Part shown: piece after piece, positions 38,708-49,161 of the stretch | Position numbering within the stretch: the first letter of the stretch is position 1 | How the letters are laid out: every line of letters starts with the position of its first letter | Notes under the pieces: generated by a model | Told to the model about the DNA's origin: nothing | What the model saw: the letters and a program-made list of their open reading frames with translations, nothing else | Databases searched by the model: none | Source: Candidatus Hadarchaeum sp. | GTDB taxonomy: Archaea > Hadarchaeota > Hadarchaeia > Hadarchaeales > Hadarchaeaceae | DNA: 64,000 nt | Assembly (NCBI RefSeq): GCF_038871235.1 | Contig: NZ_JAVZIN010000004.1 | Location: 20,030-84,029, forward strand | Direction of reading: 5' to 3' | Position numbers and translations under genes: made by a program

Positions 38708-40002
38708 TCCAGATGCTCTTCGCTACCTGATTTTCTGATGATTCCTCTGGCCGCAAGTAACCCCGTGGCGGCGGCTGTGACGATTCCTCTTGAGAGACCG
38801 GCTCCGTCTCCTGCCACGAAAAGATTTGGAACGCTAGTTTCCATATTTTGGTCGACGTTTATCTGCATGGCGTAAAGCTTGACCTCAGGAGCGTAAAGCA
38901 ATGTTGAGTCAGAGGCAACTCCCGGAACCACTTTATCTAGACGTTCAAGTCCCTCGATGATGTCGGTTACTATTCTTCCGGGCAGGGCCATCGAGATGTC
39001 GCCGGGTGTGACGCTTTTGAGGGTCGGAACCACATGTCCTCTTTCAATCCTTTCCCAGGTCGAGCGTCTTCCTGCCCGAAGATCGCCCATGCGCTGGATT
39101 AATGGTCGCCCACCACCTATTGTGGTCGCGAGATAAGCGATGGACCTTCCATACGCGTTTGTATCGGTGACCGGTTGGGTAAGTCCAACGTGAACTAAAA
39201 AGGCGAAATTGGTGTTTTTGGATTTTTTATTGCGCAACGATTGCCCATTTACTCCAACGTGATCGTCGTAGCGTTCTTCCATCACCCATCCTTCAGCATT
39301 TGTACAGAAAGTACGCACAAAATCGTCGAAAGTTTTTGTCTGGATGTGAAATTTGGGGTCTCTGTTTACCCGGACAACCGGCTCGTAGACAACTGCCGGC
39401 ACTTCCACTCTGACGCCGATATCCACAGGGAGGTGGGTCAGTTTGACGCCTAGCGACTTTGCTTGTGCAGCGAACCAGTCGGCCCCGACCCTCCCGGGTG
39501 CAGCTAGAATGTAGTCAGTTTTTACTGTGGAACCGTTGATGATGACCTTACCCTGTCCGATACTTTCGACCTTTGTGTTCAGCATGATTTTGACTCCGCG
39601 CTTTTCGAGTTTTTGCCGGATGGAATTTATTACCTCAGGAAGATACTCACTGCCGATGTGCCTCTGCGGGATTGGTATAAACCTAATTCCGGCGGCGGCT
39701 GCTTTTCTAGCCAGTTCATCGATCCCGGCCGTGTCCTGTCCGTAAACTTCCTTTGGGGCCCCATTCTCGACAAAAATTTCGTCAACTTCTTTCACCAGTT
39801 CTTCGGCTTTTTCCACGCTTTTGGTGAACTTGCTCAGGTCTCCCCCGATGTCATATCTGAGGTTCAGAATGCCGCTCGACATTCCTCCAGCTCCGCCGAG
39901 TCCGGACATTATGTGACAGGGCACGCAACCGATACACTTGCCTGTCTTGGTTGCCGGACAATATCTCTTGGTTATGTCATTTCCCCAGTCAACTATAGTC
40001 AC
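38704..40002 (-). CDS. FAD-dependent oxidoreductase (COG2509-like); N-terminus disrupted (see findings)
   Basis: The same frame continues upstream to about 40097 encoding ...TDVLIIGAGPAGLFAAYEL (Rossmann motif) without an in-frame start; an ATG at 40111 is out of frame by one nt across a homopolymer. Confidence 0.6.
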   Translation of the reverse strand: MTIVDWGNDITKRYCPATKTGKCIGCVPCHIMSGLGGAGGMSSGILNLRYDIGGDLSKFTKSVEKAEELVKEVDEIFVENGAPKEVYGQDTAGIDELARKAAAAGIRFIPIPQRHIGSEYLPEVINSIRQKLEKRGVKIMLNTKVESIGQGKVIINGSTVKTDYILAAPGRVGADWFAAQAKSLGVKLTHLPVDIGVRVEVPAVVYEPVVRVNRDPKFHIQTKTFDDFVRTFCTNAEGWVMEERYDDHVGVNGQSLRNKKSKNTNFAFLVHVGLTQPVTDTNAYGRSIAYLATTIGGGRPLIQRMGDLRAGRRSTWERIERGHVVPTLKSVTPGDISMALPGRIVTDIIEGLERLDKVVPGVASDSTLLYAPEVKLYAMQINVDQNMETSVPNLFVAGDGAGLSRGIVTAAATGLLAARGIIRKSGSEEHLD

Positions 40003-40142
40003 CGATAATTTTGATTTTCGAGATAGCTCGTAGGCGGCGAAAAGTCCCGCCGGACCGGCTCCAATTATAAGAACGTCGGTCGTTTTATCCCCCGATGTTT
40101 AACTCTGCCATCTTATAAAAGCTTTTTTAGTCGGTTTTGCCC

Positions 40143-40916
40143 TCACTTGAGTGTTTTGATTTTTCCCAAGAAAGTTCCGTCAAGCAAGTAGGCCTCAGCC
40201 TCATCAAGCTTCACGGTACCAGAACGAAAGATAGGTCCGATCAGTTCCTTGGGCAATCTACGGTTCATGGCCGCGCCGCCGACGAGCTCGCTGAACGCAG
40301 GTACCACGATTAACTCCGGTAACTTTTGCTTGACCGATGGAATTAATTTTTTAGGTATTTTTTTTGGATTCAGTTTTGCCCGTAACCAGATGGGTTCGAT
40401 TGACCTGCCGCCAAGCTCGTCTCGAAATTCTATTGCCGGATGATTGTGTCCAGCTATGATGAACTCTGTGTTGAAGAGTTCCGGCGCTGGCCAAGTATGG
40501 CCATGCACGAGGCCGACTCTTTTTCTTTTTCCCAAGACAATGCCGTGCGGATCGTGAATGGTGACTTCATGCGGCACCATGCCCTCCAGATCACCGTCGT
40601 GGTTTCCTTTGACAATATCGATTCTAGCCAGCCGAGCCAGATCTTCGAAAAGAGAGGGCAACTCTCGCCACTCATGCCAAGTTGTTACCGGAATGTTATG
40701 TTTAACATCGCCCAAAATTATGAGTCGATTGGCTTTTTTCTCCTCGATGAGGGCAGTTAATCTCGCCTTCAACCCAGGTATCTGACTGGGCAGGGAGATG
40801 CCTCTATCTGCCAGCTCGTGCTCGATTCCTATATGCAAGTCTGAAATCACGATTATCTTTTCCTCATTTATTTTCAATATAAGAGCCGGCGTTCCATATA
40901 TCGGAACGGCTTTCAT
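40143..40916 (-). CDS. Metallophosphoesterase (calcineurin-like)
   Basis: ISDLHIG, GDVKHN, GNHD, GHNH motifs. Confidence 0.75.
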   Translation of the reverse strand: MKAVPIYGTPALILKINEEKIIVISDLHIGIEHELADRGISLPSQIPGLKARLTALIEEKKANRLIILGDVKHNIPVTTWHEWRELPSLFEDLARLARIDIVKGNHDGDLEGMVPHEVTIHDPHGIVLGKRKRVGLVHGHTWPAPELFNTEFIIAGHNHPAIEFRDELGGRSIEPIWLRAKLNPKKIPKKLIPSVKQKLPELIVVPAFSELVGGAAMNRRLPKELIGPIFRSGTVKLDEAEAYLLDGTFLGKIKTLK

Positions 40917-40958
40917 AAGAGTAAATTCGTCGACTAAAGTTATAGGTCTATTGGATAT

Positions 40959-42008
40959 TCAGAGCTTGAACCTCAGGAATGCGGCAATTCCGCCCAGCGC
41001 CGTGAGCTGTTTTCCAGCATCGTGTTCCGTACTTATCACAATAACTTCGGACCTTGTTTTTCTGGCATTTTCAAGGATTTTTGAGATATCTTCTCGGTTT
41101 GATCTTAACAACTCGTCGGCAACTAGAAGCCTTTCGACCGCTCCGGCAGCGACCGCTCGCTCCACCTCATTCTTACCATAGGTTGCCAGTCCTTCCTTGG
41201 TAATCTCACCCATTAATCGGTCCATCAGCGAAGTCTCAAGTGAAAGCCGGTCTTCTTTTGATACAAGCTCGACTAATCCTCGTCGTACTATTTCATAGAG
41301 TCCGGCGCTCCCGCCAGAGCTGGCGTCTCCAAGCCTAATGGTCTTAGATAGGTCGGGAAAGTTATCCCGCAAAAAAGATGTAAAATTATCCTTTGTGAAT
41401 CCGGGCCCGGCCACTATTGTCGTTTTTATGTTTTCCTTGGAAGTAACGTCTTTAATGGCATCCGCTAAACGGTGGAAAAATTTTTTCTCATCGGCCTCGT
41501 ACTCAACTAAGTATCTTTTCCCTGAGCGAGGACGCGATATAGTCCCGATTTCATCTAATCCGTACTGTCTCACCACTGCTAGATCAGCAGTTGAGTCATC
41601 AAGAGCAACGAGCAAAACTCGAGGCCGGTTGCTAGCTCGAACCGCTTCCTGAATTCTTCGGAGGTCCTCAGGATTCCATTCCTTGGTGATGGTTAGAACC
41701 GAACCCGGTTCAAAACTGAAGGAATGGTGTTTTCCAACGTCAGGACCTTCCAGTATCTTCCCCAAAACGCGCAGGCGGTTGCTGTGCTTGTGAAATTCGA
41801 TGTTCTCCGCTTGAATCGAGATGGTGATCGGTCTTTTTTCCATCCTTTCAGGACGGATTTTATCACTCATCTCTTGTTCTCTTCGCCAAGTGACGGCTGT
41901 GATAATATCACTTGGGCAGATTAAATGTTGCAGGTGCCATAGGTCGTCCAAAGTTTCCAATGCTAGCTTGATTTTCCCGTGCTTCAAGTCCTTGTGGATG
42001 ATTTTCAA
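40959..42008 (-). CDS. pelA: Pelota (Dom34) mRNA surveillance factor
   Basis: MKIIHKDLKHGKIKLALETLDDLWHL N-domain and eRF1-like central and C domains, 349 aa. Confidence 0.8.
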   Translation of the reverse strand: MKIIHKDLKHGKIKLALETLDDLWHLQHLICPSDIITAVTWRREQEMSDKIRPERMEKRPITISIQAENIEFHKHSNRLRVLGKILEGPDVGKHHSFSFEPGSVLTITKEWNPEDLRRIQEAVRASNRPRVLLVALDDSTADLAVVRQYGLDEIGTISRPRSGKRYLVEYEADEKKFFHRLADAIKDVTSKENIKTTIVAGPGFTKDNFTSFLRDNFPDLSKTIRLGDASSGGSAGLYEIVRRGLVELVSKEDRLSLETSLMDRLMGEITKEGLATYGKNEVERAVAAGAVERLLVADELLRSNREDISKILENARKTRSEVIVISTEHDAGKQLTALGGIAAFLRFKL

Positions 42009-42080
42009 ATTTATCCCTCAGTATTTACCCGTTCCGCAAATGATTTTATGTCGGGTGGTTTAAACTTGGTGAGGGATGTT

Positions 42081-42536
42081 ATGGTCACCCAGCGATTAAT
42101 AAATATCAGAGAGCTTAGGGCGGAGGACCTTAAAGCGATCATGTCAATTCAGTATAAGTGCTTTAAGGATCCCTACCCGGTTAGCCTTATAAAACGATTA
42201 CACCTGATGCACCCTGATGGTTTTTTGGTAGTTGATCTAGGTGGAATTGTCGCTGGCTATTTAATTGGAGTCATCCGCTGGAGCAATATAGGCCACATCC
42301 TTGCCATAGCCGTCGATCCAGCCTTTCAAAGGCAAAGTTTAGGTACCTTGCTGATGAACAACATTATCGAGCGTTTCAGGAAAAAAGGTGTTAAATTAGT
42401 TCGGCTTGAGGTGAGGAAAAGCAACGTTGGGGCGCAGCAATTCTACAAAAAACTGGGTTTTTTGGAAAGAGGGGAAATGCCGTTTTACTATGAGGACGGC
42501 GAGTCGGCTATTGCGATGGAGCTATCCCTTGATTAG
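42081..42536 (+). CDS. GNAT family N-acetyltransferase (RimI-like)
   Basis: HILAIAVDPAFQRQSLGTLLM..., RLEVRKSNVGAQQFYKKLGF acetyl-CoA binding motifs; ATG 42081 with upstream GGTGAGGG. Confidence 0.7.
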   Translation: MVTQRLINIRELRAEDLKAIMSIQYKCFKDPYPVSLIKRLHLMHPDGFLVVDLGGIVAGYLIGVIRWSNIGHILAIAVDPAFQRQSLGTLLMNNIIERFRKKGVKLVRLEVRKSNVGAQQFYKKLGFLERGEMPFYYEDGESAIAMELSLD

Positions 42537-43769
42537 TTATCTTTGATGTTTGATCCTGCGAAGGTCATCCAATGTCAGCACCCGCAGGTTTGGGGGCACT
42601 GACTCCACTCTTGATCTCATTCCGACTAAGTACTGAACTCCTCTCCCTGCAGCAAGTTCGGCGAGTTCTTGCGTTATTACGCCGTCGAACACGACCGCTT
42701 TTACATTTTGTGCTTGCGAAAGATGCTCCTTCAGCTCCCTCACTTGGATTTCTTCCATTAACTCCAGTTTTTCATTGAGCAGTTGGGCCTTGAGAGTACC
42801 GCGCAACTTGTTGGCCATATTTTCAAGCTCTTGTAATTCACCGTTACCTGTTTCAGCTGGTTGGACCGGCGCTGGTTTTGCCCTGTATTCCGCAGCTGCG
42901 ATTTCTACTGGAACTTTGTTTCTAAGCGCTTTGATTATTTCTTTTTTAGATAACTCTTCCACGCTTCTACCAGGAGGAGGTCGAGCCACGAAATCTATCT
43001 CCGCCACTTGGAGCAGTTCCTTCAAGATCAGGTCGCCGCCCCGGTCGCTGTCAACAAATGCAGTGACTGTTTTGTCCTTGGTTAAATCTATCACTGCCTT
43101 AGGTACGCTGGTGCCCTCTATACCGATGGCGTTTTTTATGCCCGCCCTCAGCAGGTTGAGAACGTCGGCACGCCCCTCGACGATTATAATGGCATCAGAG
43201 TCCTTAACACCCGGTCCCGCGGGGAGTCCCTCATATTCAGATATCTCTTCAACACGTACGGATTCCATTACTTTTTCCGTTATCTCTTGAGTTTCAGTAG
43301 CAGCTTCCTCAAAAGCCCCGAGAAGCTCTTTGGCTCTCTCCACCACAAACTTCCTCTTAATGTCCCTGACGTCCTCGATGCGTTCCACTTTTATGGTTGC
43401 TTCACAAGGGCCGACACGATCAATAGTTTCTAGGGAGGCGGCAATTATTGCCGTTTCAACTCTGTCAAGGCTTGAAGGGATCGTGATCGTGCCGGTCGAC
43501 TTTCCTTGGCTTGAGTTGATCTCTACTTTGATCCTCCCGATTCTACCACTCTTTAACAGCTCCCTTAGATCAAGGTCGCTTCCGAGCAGACCCTCCGTCT
43601 GTCCAAATATTGCACCCACGACATCTGGGCGCTCGACCACGCCGCTAGCCTCTATTTTGGCGTGGATAAGATACTTGGTCGTACCACTATCTTCACGCAT
43701 ATTTGAAACCTCCTTTTTGCCGAGCTTTTCGGCCACTAAATCCTGCAAACTTTTTTCTTCCACGGGCAA
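42537..43769 (-). CDS. dnaG: Archaeal DnaG-type primase (exosome-associated, TOPRIM)
   Basis: [32 protein letters not shown]-terminal signature plus [33 protein letters not shown]. Confidence 0.85.
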   Translation of the reverse strand: MPVEEKSLQDLVAEKLGKKEVSNMREDSGTTKYLIHAKIEASGVVERPDVVGAIFGQTEGLLGSDLDLRELLKSGRIGRIKVEINSSQGKSTGTITIPSSLDRVETAIIAASLETIDRVGPCEATIKVERIEDVRDIKRKFVVERAKELLGAFEEAATETQEITEKVMESVRVEEISEYEGLPAGPGVKDSDAIIIVEGRADVLNLLRAGIKNAIGIEGTSVPKAVIDLTKDKTVTAFVDSDRGGDLILKELLQVAEIDFVARPPPGRSVEELSKKEIIKALRNKVPVEIAAAEYRAKPAPVQPAETGNGELQELENMANKLRGTLKAQLLNEKLELMEEIQVRELKEHLSQAQNVKAVVFDGVITQELAELAAGRGVQYLVGMRSRVESVPPNLRVLTLDDLRRIKHQR

Positions 43770-43892
43770 CAGCCCTCAATGGGCCAGAATTAGCTTGATC
43801 GTGATTCTGGCTTGATTTAATGATAATAAAAATAATACTGCTTATCTTAAAAAGCTGACGCTTGAGATACAGATGGTTGCTTCGGCCGGCCC

Positions 43893-44351
43893 TCAAAGCC
43901 CAGTTACGCCTTGAATATAAACTATTCCAAGAATTGCCAGTAGCATTATTACACTTGCCAGAAAAACACCGATTGCAATTGCCAGTGATGAGGTTTTGCG
44001 GTTGAAACCAGCGACGTAGGCTATAAGAACCCCACTATAGGCGCCAGTTCCCGGAAACGGCACTCCTACAAAGAGGGCAAGCCCTATCAAGCTTAGCCCT
44101 TGATACTTTTGTGCTCGTTTGACAGAAAATTGGAACAACCTGTTGACCAACTTCCATTTACGCCTGATCGGTGGCACGATTATGTCGAGCAGAAGGTAGG
44201 CTAGTGGTATGGCTAGCAAGTTGAGAATGAGGCAAATGGCAAATACTACAAGCGGAGGTAGTCCCGGATTGTAAATTGTAGCAAGTGGTAATGAAAAGCG
44301 CACCTCTAAAAAAGGCACCAGCGAAAGGAGAAAGGACAGCCATCCCATCAT
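43893..44351 (-). CDS. Small polytopic membrane protein (COG2426-like)
   Basis: 152 aa with 4 predicted TM helices. Confidence 0.45.
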   Translation of the reverse strand: MMGWLSFLLSLVPFLEVRFSLPLATIYNPGLPPLVVFAICLILNLLAIPLAYLLLDIIVPPIRRKWKLVNRLFQFSVKRAQKYQGLSLIGLALFVGVPFPGTGAYSGVLIAYVAGFNRKTSSLAIAIGVFLASVIMLLAILGIVYIQGVTGL

Positions 44352-44457
44352 CTTGGGCCCTATATTTCATCGTGACCGGAGAATAAATCCCTTGAGAAAA
44401 ACCGAAAACCGCATTTTAACGCTTATTATCGTTTTGGCAAAATTTAATTTGGTTCGC

Positions 44458-45093
44458 ATGCGCTACAAGCTCGTGGCATTTGACATGGACGGAACCTTGA
44501 TACTAGAGGACAGTTGTTGGGGATAATTCAAAGATTTGGCACCAAGACGGCCGCACTTGGGAACTTAATGGCGTATGAGTCGGGGCAGATTGATCATGCG
44601 GAGTTCATGCGTCGCGACATAGCGCTGTGGCAGCCGACCCCCCACTTTTAATGAGATTAGGAAAATTTTGTCTCAATATACCTTGGCCCCAAACGTGAAA
44701 AATGTGGTCGGGGAAATAGTTCGCAGAGGTTTTCAGACAGCGATTATTACTGGAGGCCTTGATGTGTTAGCCGGCAATGTGGCCCGAGACCTTGGTATCC
44801 CCCACATTATCGCAAATGGTCTGGAGGTGGATAAATCCGGTTATCTGACTGGAGAGGGTATTCTCAGGGTTGAACCACGTCATAAGGATAAAAATTTGGT
44901 TAAACTGGCGAAAGATCTGGAAATTTCCCCCGAAGAACGTGTCGCGATTGGTGACGGTAAATATGACGTAAATTTCTTAAAAAGCGCTGGTCTGGCGGTT
45001 GCGGTGGGAAAGAACCCTGAGTTAGCCCGGGTGGCTGATGTCGTTATAGAGGATTTTGATCACTTTCCTCGGTTGTTAGATTACCTGGTCTGA
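44458..45093 (+). pseudogene. serB: Phosphoserine phosphatase (SerB, HAD family) split over three frames by two compensating 1-nt frameshifts at homopolymers
   Basis: MRYKLVAFDMDGTLI (HAD motif I) in frame 1 to 44524; conserved middle segment IIQRFGTKTAALGNLMAYESGQIDHAEFMRRDIALWQP in frame 0; the C-terminal part (track ORF 44668..45093, ...AIGDGKYDVNFLKSAGLAVAV) back in frame 1. The breaks sit at GGGG (44519-44522) and CCCCCC (44638-44643). Confidence 0.7.
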
Positions 45094-45132
45094 AAAGTGT
45101 AGCTTTAATTAAACACTTTTGACAGAGAGACC

Positions 45133-45759
45133 ATGTGCAGGTGTGTTTGCATGGGTGTGATCAAAAAGCCCGTAAAGTATGAAGTTCCAGGCTGGGAATA
45201 CATTCATGAACTCTGCGTGGAACTAGCTGAACAGGTGAAGAGGAGCAAGTACAATCCAGACCTTATCGTCGCCGTTTCACGAGGCGGTTGGATACCGGGC
45301 CGGTTGATCTTGGATTTCTTAGGAGGGCCAGATATTGCCACGATTAAGGTGGAATATTATGTAGGGTTTTACAAAACCCGTGATAAACCTGAAATAACCC
45401 AACCACTTGCCGTGAATGTTAAAGGGAAAAAGATACTACTCGTCGATGATATTGCCGACACCGGTAGGAGCCTAAAGGTTGCTTTGGAATACCTCAGGGA
45501 ACAAGGAGCAAAAGAAGTTAAAACTGCCGCTCTTTATTTTAAGCCTTGGTCCCTGGTGGTCCCGGATTTCTATGCACGGAAAACGGATGCTTGGGTTTGC
45601 TTTCCTCATGAAACTTATGAATCCATTGACAAAATGTACTCCCAGCTGATAAAGCAGGGTAAAAGTAAAAAGGATGTAATGAAAAGGTTGGTGGAACTGG
45701 GCATAAGACCGTTTCATGTAGAAAAATTTCTTTCGAAAAAAGGCCCGAAAAGAGTTTAG
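45133..45759 (+). CDS. Type I phosphoribosyltransferase (purine PRTase-like)
   Basis: PRPP-binding motif KILLVDDIADTGRSL; probable start MGVIKK at 45151. Confidence 0.65.
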   Translation: MCRCVCMGVIKKPVKYEVPGWEYIHELCVELAEQVKRSKYNPDLIVAVSRGGWIPGRLILDFLGGPDIATIKVEYYVGFYKTRDKPEITQPLAVNVKGKKILLVDDIADTGRSLKVALEYLREQGAKEVKTAALYFKPWSLVVPDFYARKTDAWVCFPHETYESIDKMYSQLIKQGKSKKDVMKRLVELGIRPFHVEKFLSKKGPKRV

Positions 45760-45764
45760 CAGTT

Positions 45765-46163
45765 TTATCTCACTCTTTCTCTTTGCAGAAACTTTGCCAG
45801 CCCTTCCACGTCTTTCACACTTCTGCGCACCAGTGGCTTTAGCCTGTCTCTGAATTCAGATATTGGCTTAACACCAAGCCTTTTTGCATGTTTGATGATA
45901 AAACTTGCCAGTTCATCGCCAGCTTTGTCGAAATCGGTTAATATTACTATTTCCTTTGAGCCTGAAAGACCTTCAACGAAGTTCAGCAGGGAACCACCGT
46001 TTGAGATTTTGCGAACGCGTCCACTTATGCCCAGTGCACGCAAAGCTTTTTCATCATCCATACCTTCAACGATTATCGGTATACCATCTAAGGCTAACCT
46101 GTTCAGCTCAGAGAGCAGCTCATCAATCTGCTCAAGGACCTCTTCTGTTAGCAAGTTCATCAC
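45765..46163 (-). CDS. Small Toprim-domain protein (COG1658-like)
   Basis: IIVEGMDDEKALRALG...ILTDFDKAGDELA Toprim acidic motifs, 132 aa. Confidence 0.6.
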   Translation of the reverse strand: MMNLLTEEVLEQIDELLSELNRLALDGIPIIVEGMDDEKALRALGISGRVRKISNGGSLLNFVEGLSGSKEIVILTDFDKAGDELASFIIKHAKRLGVKPISEFRDRLKPLVRRSVKDVEGLAKFLQRERVR

Positions 46164-46337
46164 TTTTTATTCAGGACCTTTGTCGCTGATCCAGAGCCCT
46201 TTTCGCAAACATCTAGTGCAGACACCGATATCGCTGACAAAGTCACGGGAGCAAACAGTGGCTCCGCATATGCCGCAACGGTGCACATCGTAGCTGATTC
46301 TGCCGCATATCGCGCAAGTGCCGGCTATTCTTCCCAT
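46164..46337 (-). CDS. Zinc-ribbon protein, 57 aa (four Cys pairs); absent from the ORF track because it is under 60 aa
   Basis: Minus-strand MGRIAGTCAICGRISYDVHRCGICGATVCSRDFVSDIGVCTRCLRKGLWISDKGPE*; its stop abuts the ATG of the Toprim gene. Confidence 0.45.
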
Positions 46338-46397
46338 GGTCCATCCGATAAACCTTCAAATAACCAAGATTAAAAGTTTGCACATGGAAGCGAAAGC

Positions 46398-47312
46398 ATG
46401 CTGGAGCAAATTTCCACTTTCACTGATAGCCGCCTGAAAGCGAGTCGGAGGCTTATGCTGGCTTTCCTATTAACCGCTTCGGTGTTTGTAGCCGAGGTGA
46501 TTGGTGGAATTCTGAGCAACAGCCTTTCACTGATCGGTGACGCCGGGCACATGTTGGTGGACTCGGTAGCCTTAGCTGTTGGCGTGAGTGCTTTCAAGCT
46601 TGCGATGAGACCGGCAACCAAGAGAAAAACTTACGGTTATTATCGGCTGGAGATCCTAGCTGCTCTTTTTAATGGCTTATTGTTGTTTATCGTTGCGTTT
46701 TATATCTTTTCAGAGGCCTACAGAAGATTTACGACCCCCGCCGAAGTGAGGGCACCCCTGATGTTGGCAGTCGCCGTAGCTGGTTTGGCGGTAAATTTTT
46801 TATCACTAGGTATTCTTTGGAAGGTGAGAAAAGAAAATCTGAATGTGAAGGGTACCTTTTCCCACGTTTTCTCCGACACCATTTCTTCGGTTGGGGTCAT
46901 CGCCGCGGCGGTGATAATTTATTTCAGCCAATTGTTCATAGTTGATGCCTTAATAGGGATCTTGATCGGTGGAATAATACTAAGAAGTGCCGTCGCCTTG
47001 ATCAGTGAGTCAGGCCGTGTTCTTTTAGAAGCTGTCCCTGAGGGTATTGACCCCGATAGAGTGGTAGAAAAGATAAAAAAGATCGACGGTGTTCAGGATG
47101 TTCATGATTTGCATATCTGGTCGATAAGTTCAGGTATTAACTCATTGAGTGGGCATATTGTCATAGATGACCAAAAGCTGAGTAAAGCGGAGGAAATCTT
47201 AAGACAAGTAGACAAACTGCTTAAGGAAAATTTTAGCATAATCCACACAACGATTCAGCTAGAGTGCAAAGCTTGTCAGGAACCGTTTGTTTGTTCCCTC
47301 GGAGGAAAATGA
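46398..47312 (+). CDS. Cation diffusion facilitator family metal efflux transporter
   Basis: SLIGDAGHMLVDSVALAV and HDLHIWSISSG motifs, 6 TM plus a cytoplasmic domain. Confidence 0.8.
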   Translation: MLEQISTFTDSRLKASRRLMLAFLLTASVFVAEVIGGILSNSLSLIGDAGHMLVDSVALAVGVSAFKLAMRPATKRKTYGYYRLEILAALFNGLLLFIVAFYIFSEAYRRFTTPAEVRAPLMLAVAVAGLAVNFLSLGILWKVRKENLNVKGTFSHVFSDTISSVGVIAAAVIIYFSQLFIVDALIGILIGGIILRSAVALISESGRVLLEAVPEGIDPDRVVEKIKKIDGVQDVHDLHIWSISSGINSLSGHIVIDDQKLSKAEEILRQVDKLLKENFSIIHTTIQLECKACQEPFVCSLGGK

Positions 47313-47692
47313 AAAAGGTACCTATTAAACCCATTTGCATCATTTTACCAGAGTTTAGGTTGTGTATGCGGGTGTAGCTTTCAGCAGATCATCCTGAGCT
47401 ATGCAAGCGCGTGAATAACATTGAACTCATACCACTTCAGCTCCAGATTTTTGGCGTGCCTCAACAATTCCTTGCCCGCGTCTGAATGTTTTTCTAGGGC
47501 GAATCGTTGGGGATTTTCTGAAGTTACACATACAACCGCCATATCCTTCTGGATTCCGGCGGAACATCCACGTGAATAAGACACATTATGTATTGTGTGC
47601 ACACGTGTGCAGTGCTGACTTTGCCCGCTGTGGCATCTGGGCCGTGGCTCCAATCAGATCGGCCCGCTACTTACCAAAAAAGAAGGATATTT

Positions 47693-48640
47693 TCACAGCT
47701 TATTAGCTAAAGTGGCGCCGAATTTTTCCACTACTTTTTTTGCCAGCTGTGCTCCGAGGGTTCCAGATTCTTTGATGGACTTACCCCTGCTGAGACCGAA
47801 CAAGACTCCAGCCGCGTAGAAGTCACCGGCCCCTGTCGTATCCACGACATTTGCAGGTAGAGCCGGCACATGGAACTCTTCCTCCTTTGTGAATATCGAT
47901 GAACCCCTTTCTCCTTTCTTCAGACAAACGATGTCTATCTCTTTAGCCAGTTCTTTAGCGGCTTTTTCATCACTTGACCCCGTTAGTGCTTTGAGTTCTT
48001 CCTCATTCGTGAACAGCACATCGGCGCGGGTGAGTATTCTCCACAAACGATCTTTCTTTTTTTCCACCAAGGGCGGGCTCTCGAGCGAGATTGATATTCG
48101 AACTTCGTTTCCCTCGGCCACATCCATTGCGTCTCGAGCGCTTCTGGAGATGGCACCATCGGCAAAAAGAGTAATTGAAGTTAGATAAAGAAAAGCTGAA
48201 TTTTTTATTCCTGTGACCGGCAACCCGCCGTAGTCCTTGCCATTACCCAAGTCAACGGCAAAGGTTCTTTGGCCGTCCCGTGTGATAAGGGCAATTATCT
48301 TCCCGGTTCTGCCCGGTCCTTTCTCAAGAAAAGAGGCTATTTTTTGTTTTCGCAGGGATTCTTCAAAGATTTTACCCTCAGCATCTTCAGCGACTCTTCC
48401 AGCGTAGGCGGACCTACCTCCAAGATGGACTACCCCCTCACAGGTGTTGCGGGCATTATCCCCAGGAAAGCGGGCGAATATTGAGTCGGCCAGCCTTACT
48501 TGAATTTCATCAAGCCTTTCCCGCGAGACAAAATTGGATGCCCCTTTGATTAGGCCATTTTTCTCCAGAAAACTGTCCGTGGTTCTGCAGAAATGATCCA
48601 CTAGGGCGGTGCCGATTCCAAAGACATCATACTTGGGCAT
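47693..48640 (-). CDS. PfkB-family carbohydrate/nucleoside kinase
   Basis: N-terminal VFGIGTALVD and C-terminal DTTGAGDFYAAG motifs. Confidence 0.75.
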   Translation of the reverse strand: MPKYDVFGIGTALVDHFCRTTDSFLEKNGLIKGASNFVSRERLDEIQVRLADSIFARFPGDNARNTCEGVVHLGGRSAYAGRVAEDAEGKIFEESLRKQKIASFLEKGPGRTGKIIALITRDGQRTFAVDLGNGKDYGGLPVTGIKNSAFLYLTSITLFADGAISRSARDAMDVAEGNEVRISISLESPPLVEKKKDRLWRILTRADVLFTNEEELKALTGSSDEKAAKELAKEIDIVCLKKGERGSSIFTKEEEFHVPALPANVVDTTGAGDFYAAGVLFGLSRGKSIKESGTLGAQLAKKVVEKFGATLANKL

Positions 48641-48650
48641 AGTTATTACC

Positions 48651-49160
48651 TTAATATGGCCTGTCCTTCAGCTTGAGCTTATGTCCGATGAAATTCGTCG
48701 CTAGGTGTATCGGCGGCGTTATTATCAGGATGATTAAAATTATCTCCCATGAGGGCACGGATACTAGGCTGGCGAACAATAATGCCAGGACAACAAAACT
48801 GAGCTGGTCAAGGACAGGTGCGGCAGACCCTCTTTCTAAGTTAACTCTTCTTTTGATGAAGCTGCCTAGAAGATCTCCCACCAGTGCACCTAAGGCAAGC
48901 AGGAAACCAAGCGCTGAGTATAGGTGAAGCTGACCGGTGGCTAATCCCTGCAAAACACCGAGGACAAAGCCCGCGGCGAGTCCGGAAATGAAACCACGTA
49001 TTGTTTTTCCCGGTCCAAAGATGGGACGCCCATCGATGAAAGTATGCCCACCGTCGATAGGTTTCCCGCCGCCGAGGACAACCGGTGTGGCGTTGGCGAC
49101 ATAGGCCGGCAGAATAAACCAGATTGCCGCTACAATAAGTTGAATCAACTCCACGCACAC
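48651..49160 (-). CDS. carS: CDP-archaeol synthase
   Basis: 169 aa, 5 TM; pattern ...WFILPAYVANATPVVLGGGKPIDGGHTFIDGRPIFGPGKTIRGF matches CarS as I recall it. Confidence 0.7.
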   Translation of the reverse strand: MCVELIQLIVAAIWFILPAYVANATPVVLGGGKPIDGGHTFIDGRPIFGPGKTIRGFISGLAAGFVLGVLQGLATGQLHLYSALGFLLALGALVGDLLGSFIKRRVNLERGSAAPVLDQLSFVVLALLFASLVSVPSWEIILIILIITPPIHLATNFIGHKLKLKDRPY

Positions 49161-49161
49161 A

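Noticed and set aside
47399-47653. 84-aa minus-strand ORF in the CDF/PfkB convergent gap
   Set aside because: No promoter-like element, odd composition (MEPRPRCHSGQSQHC...), and it spans the palindrome; treated as non-coding, with the region reported instead as an unexplained intergenic segment
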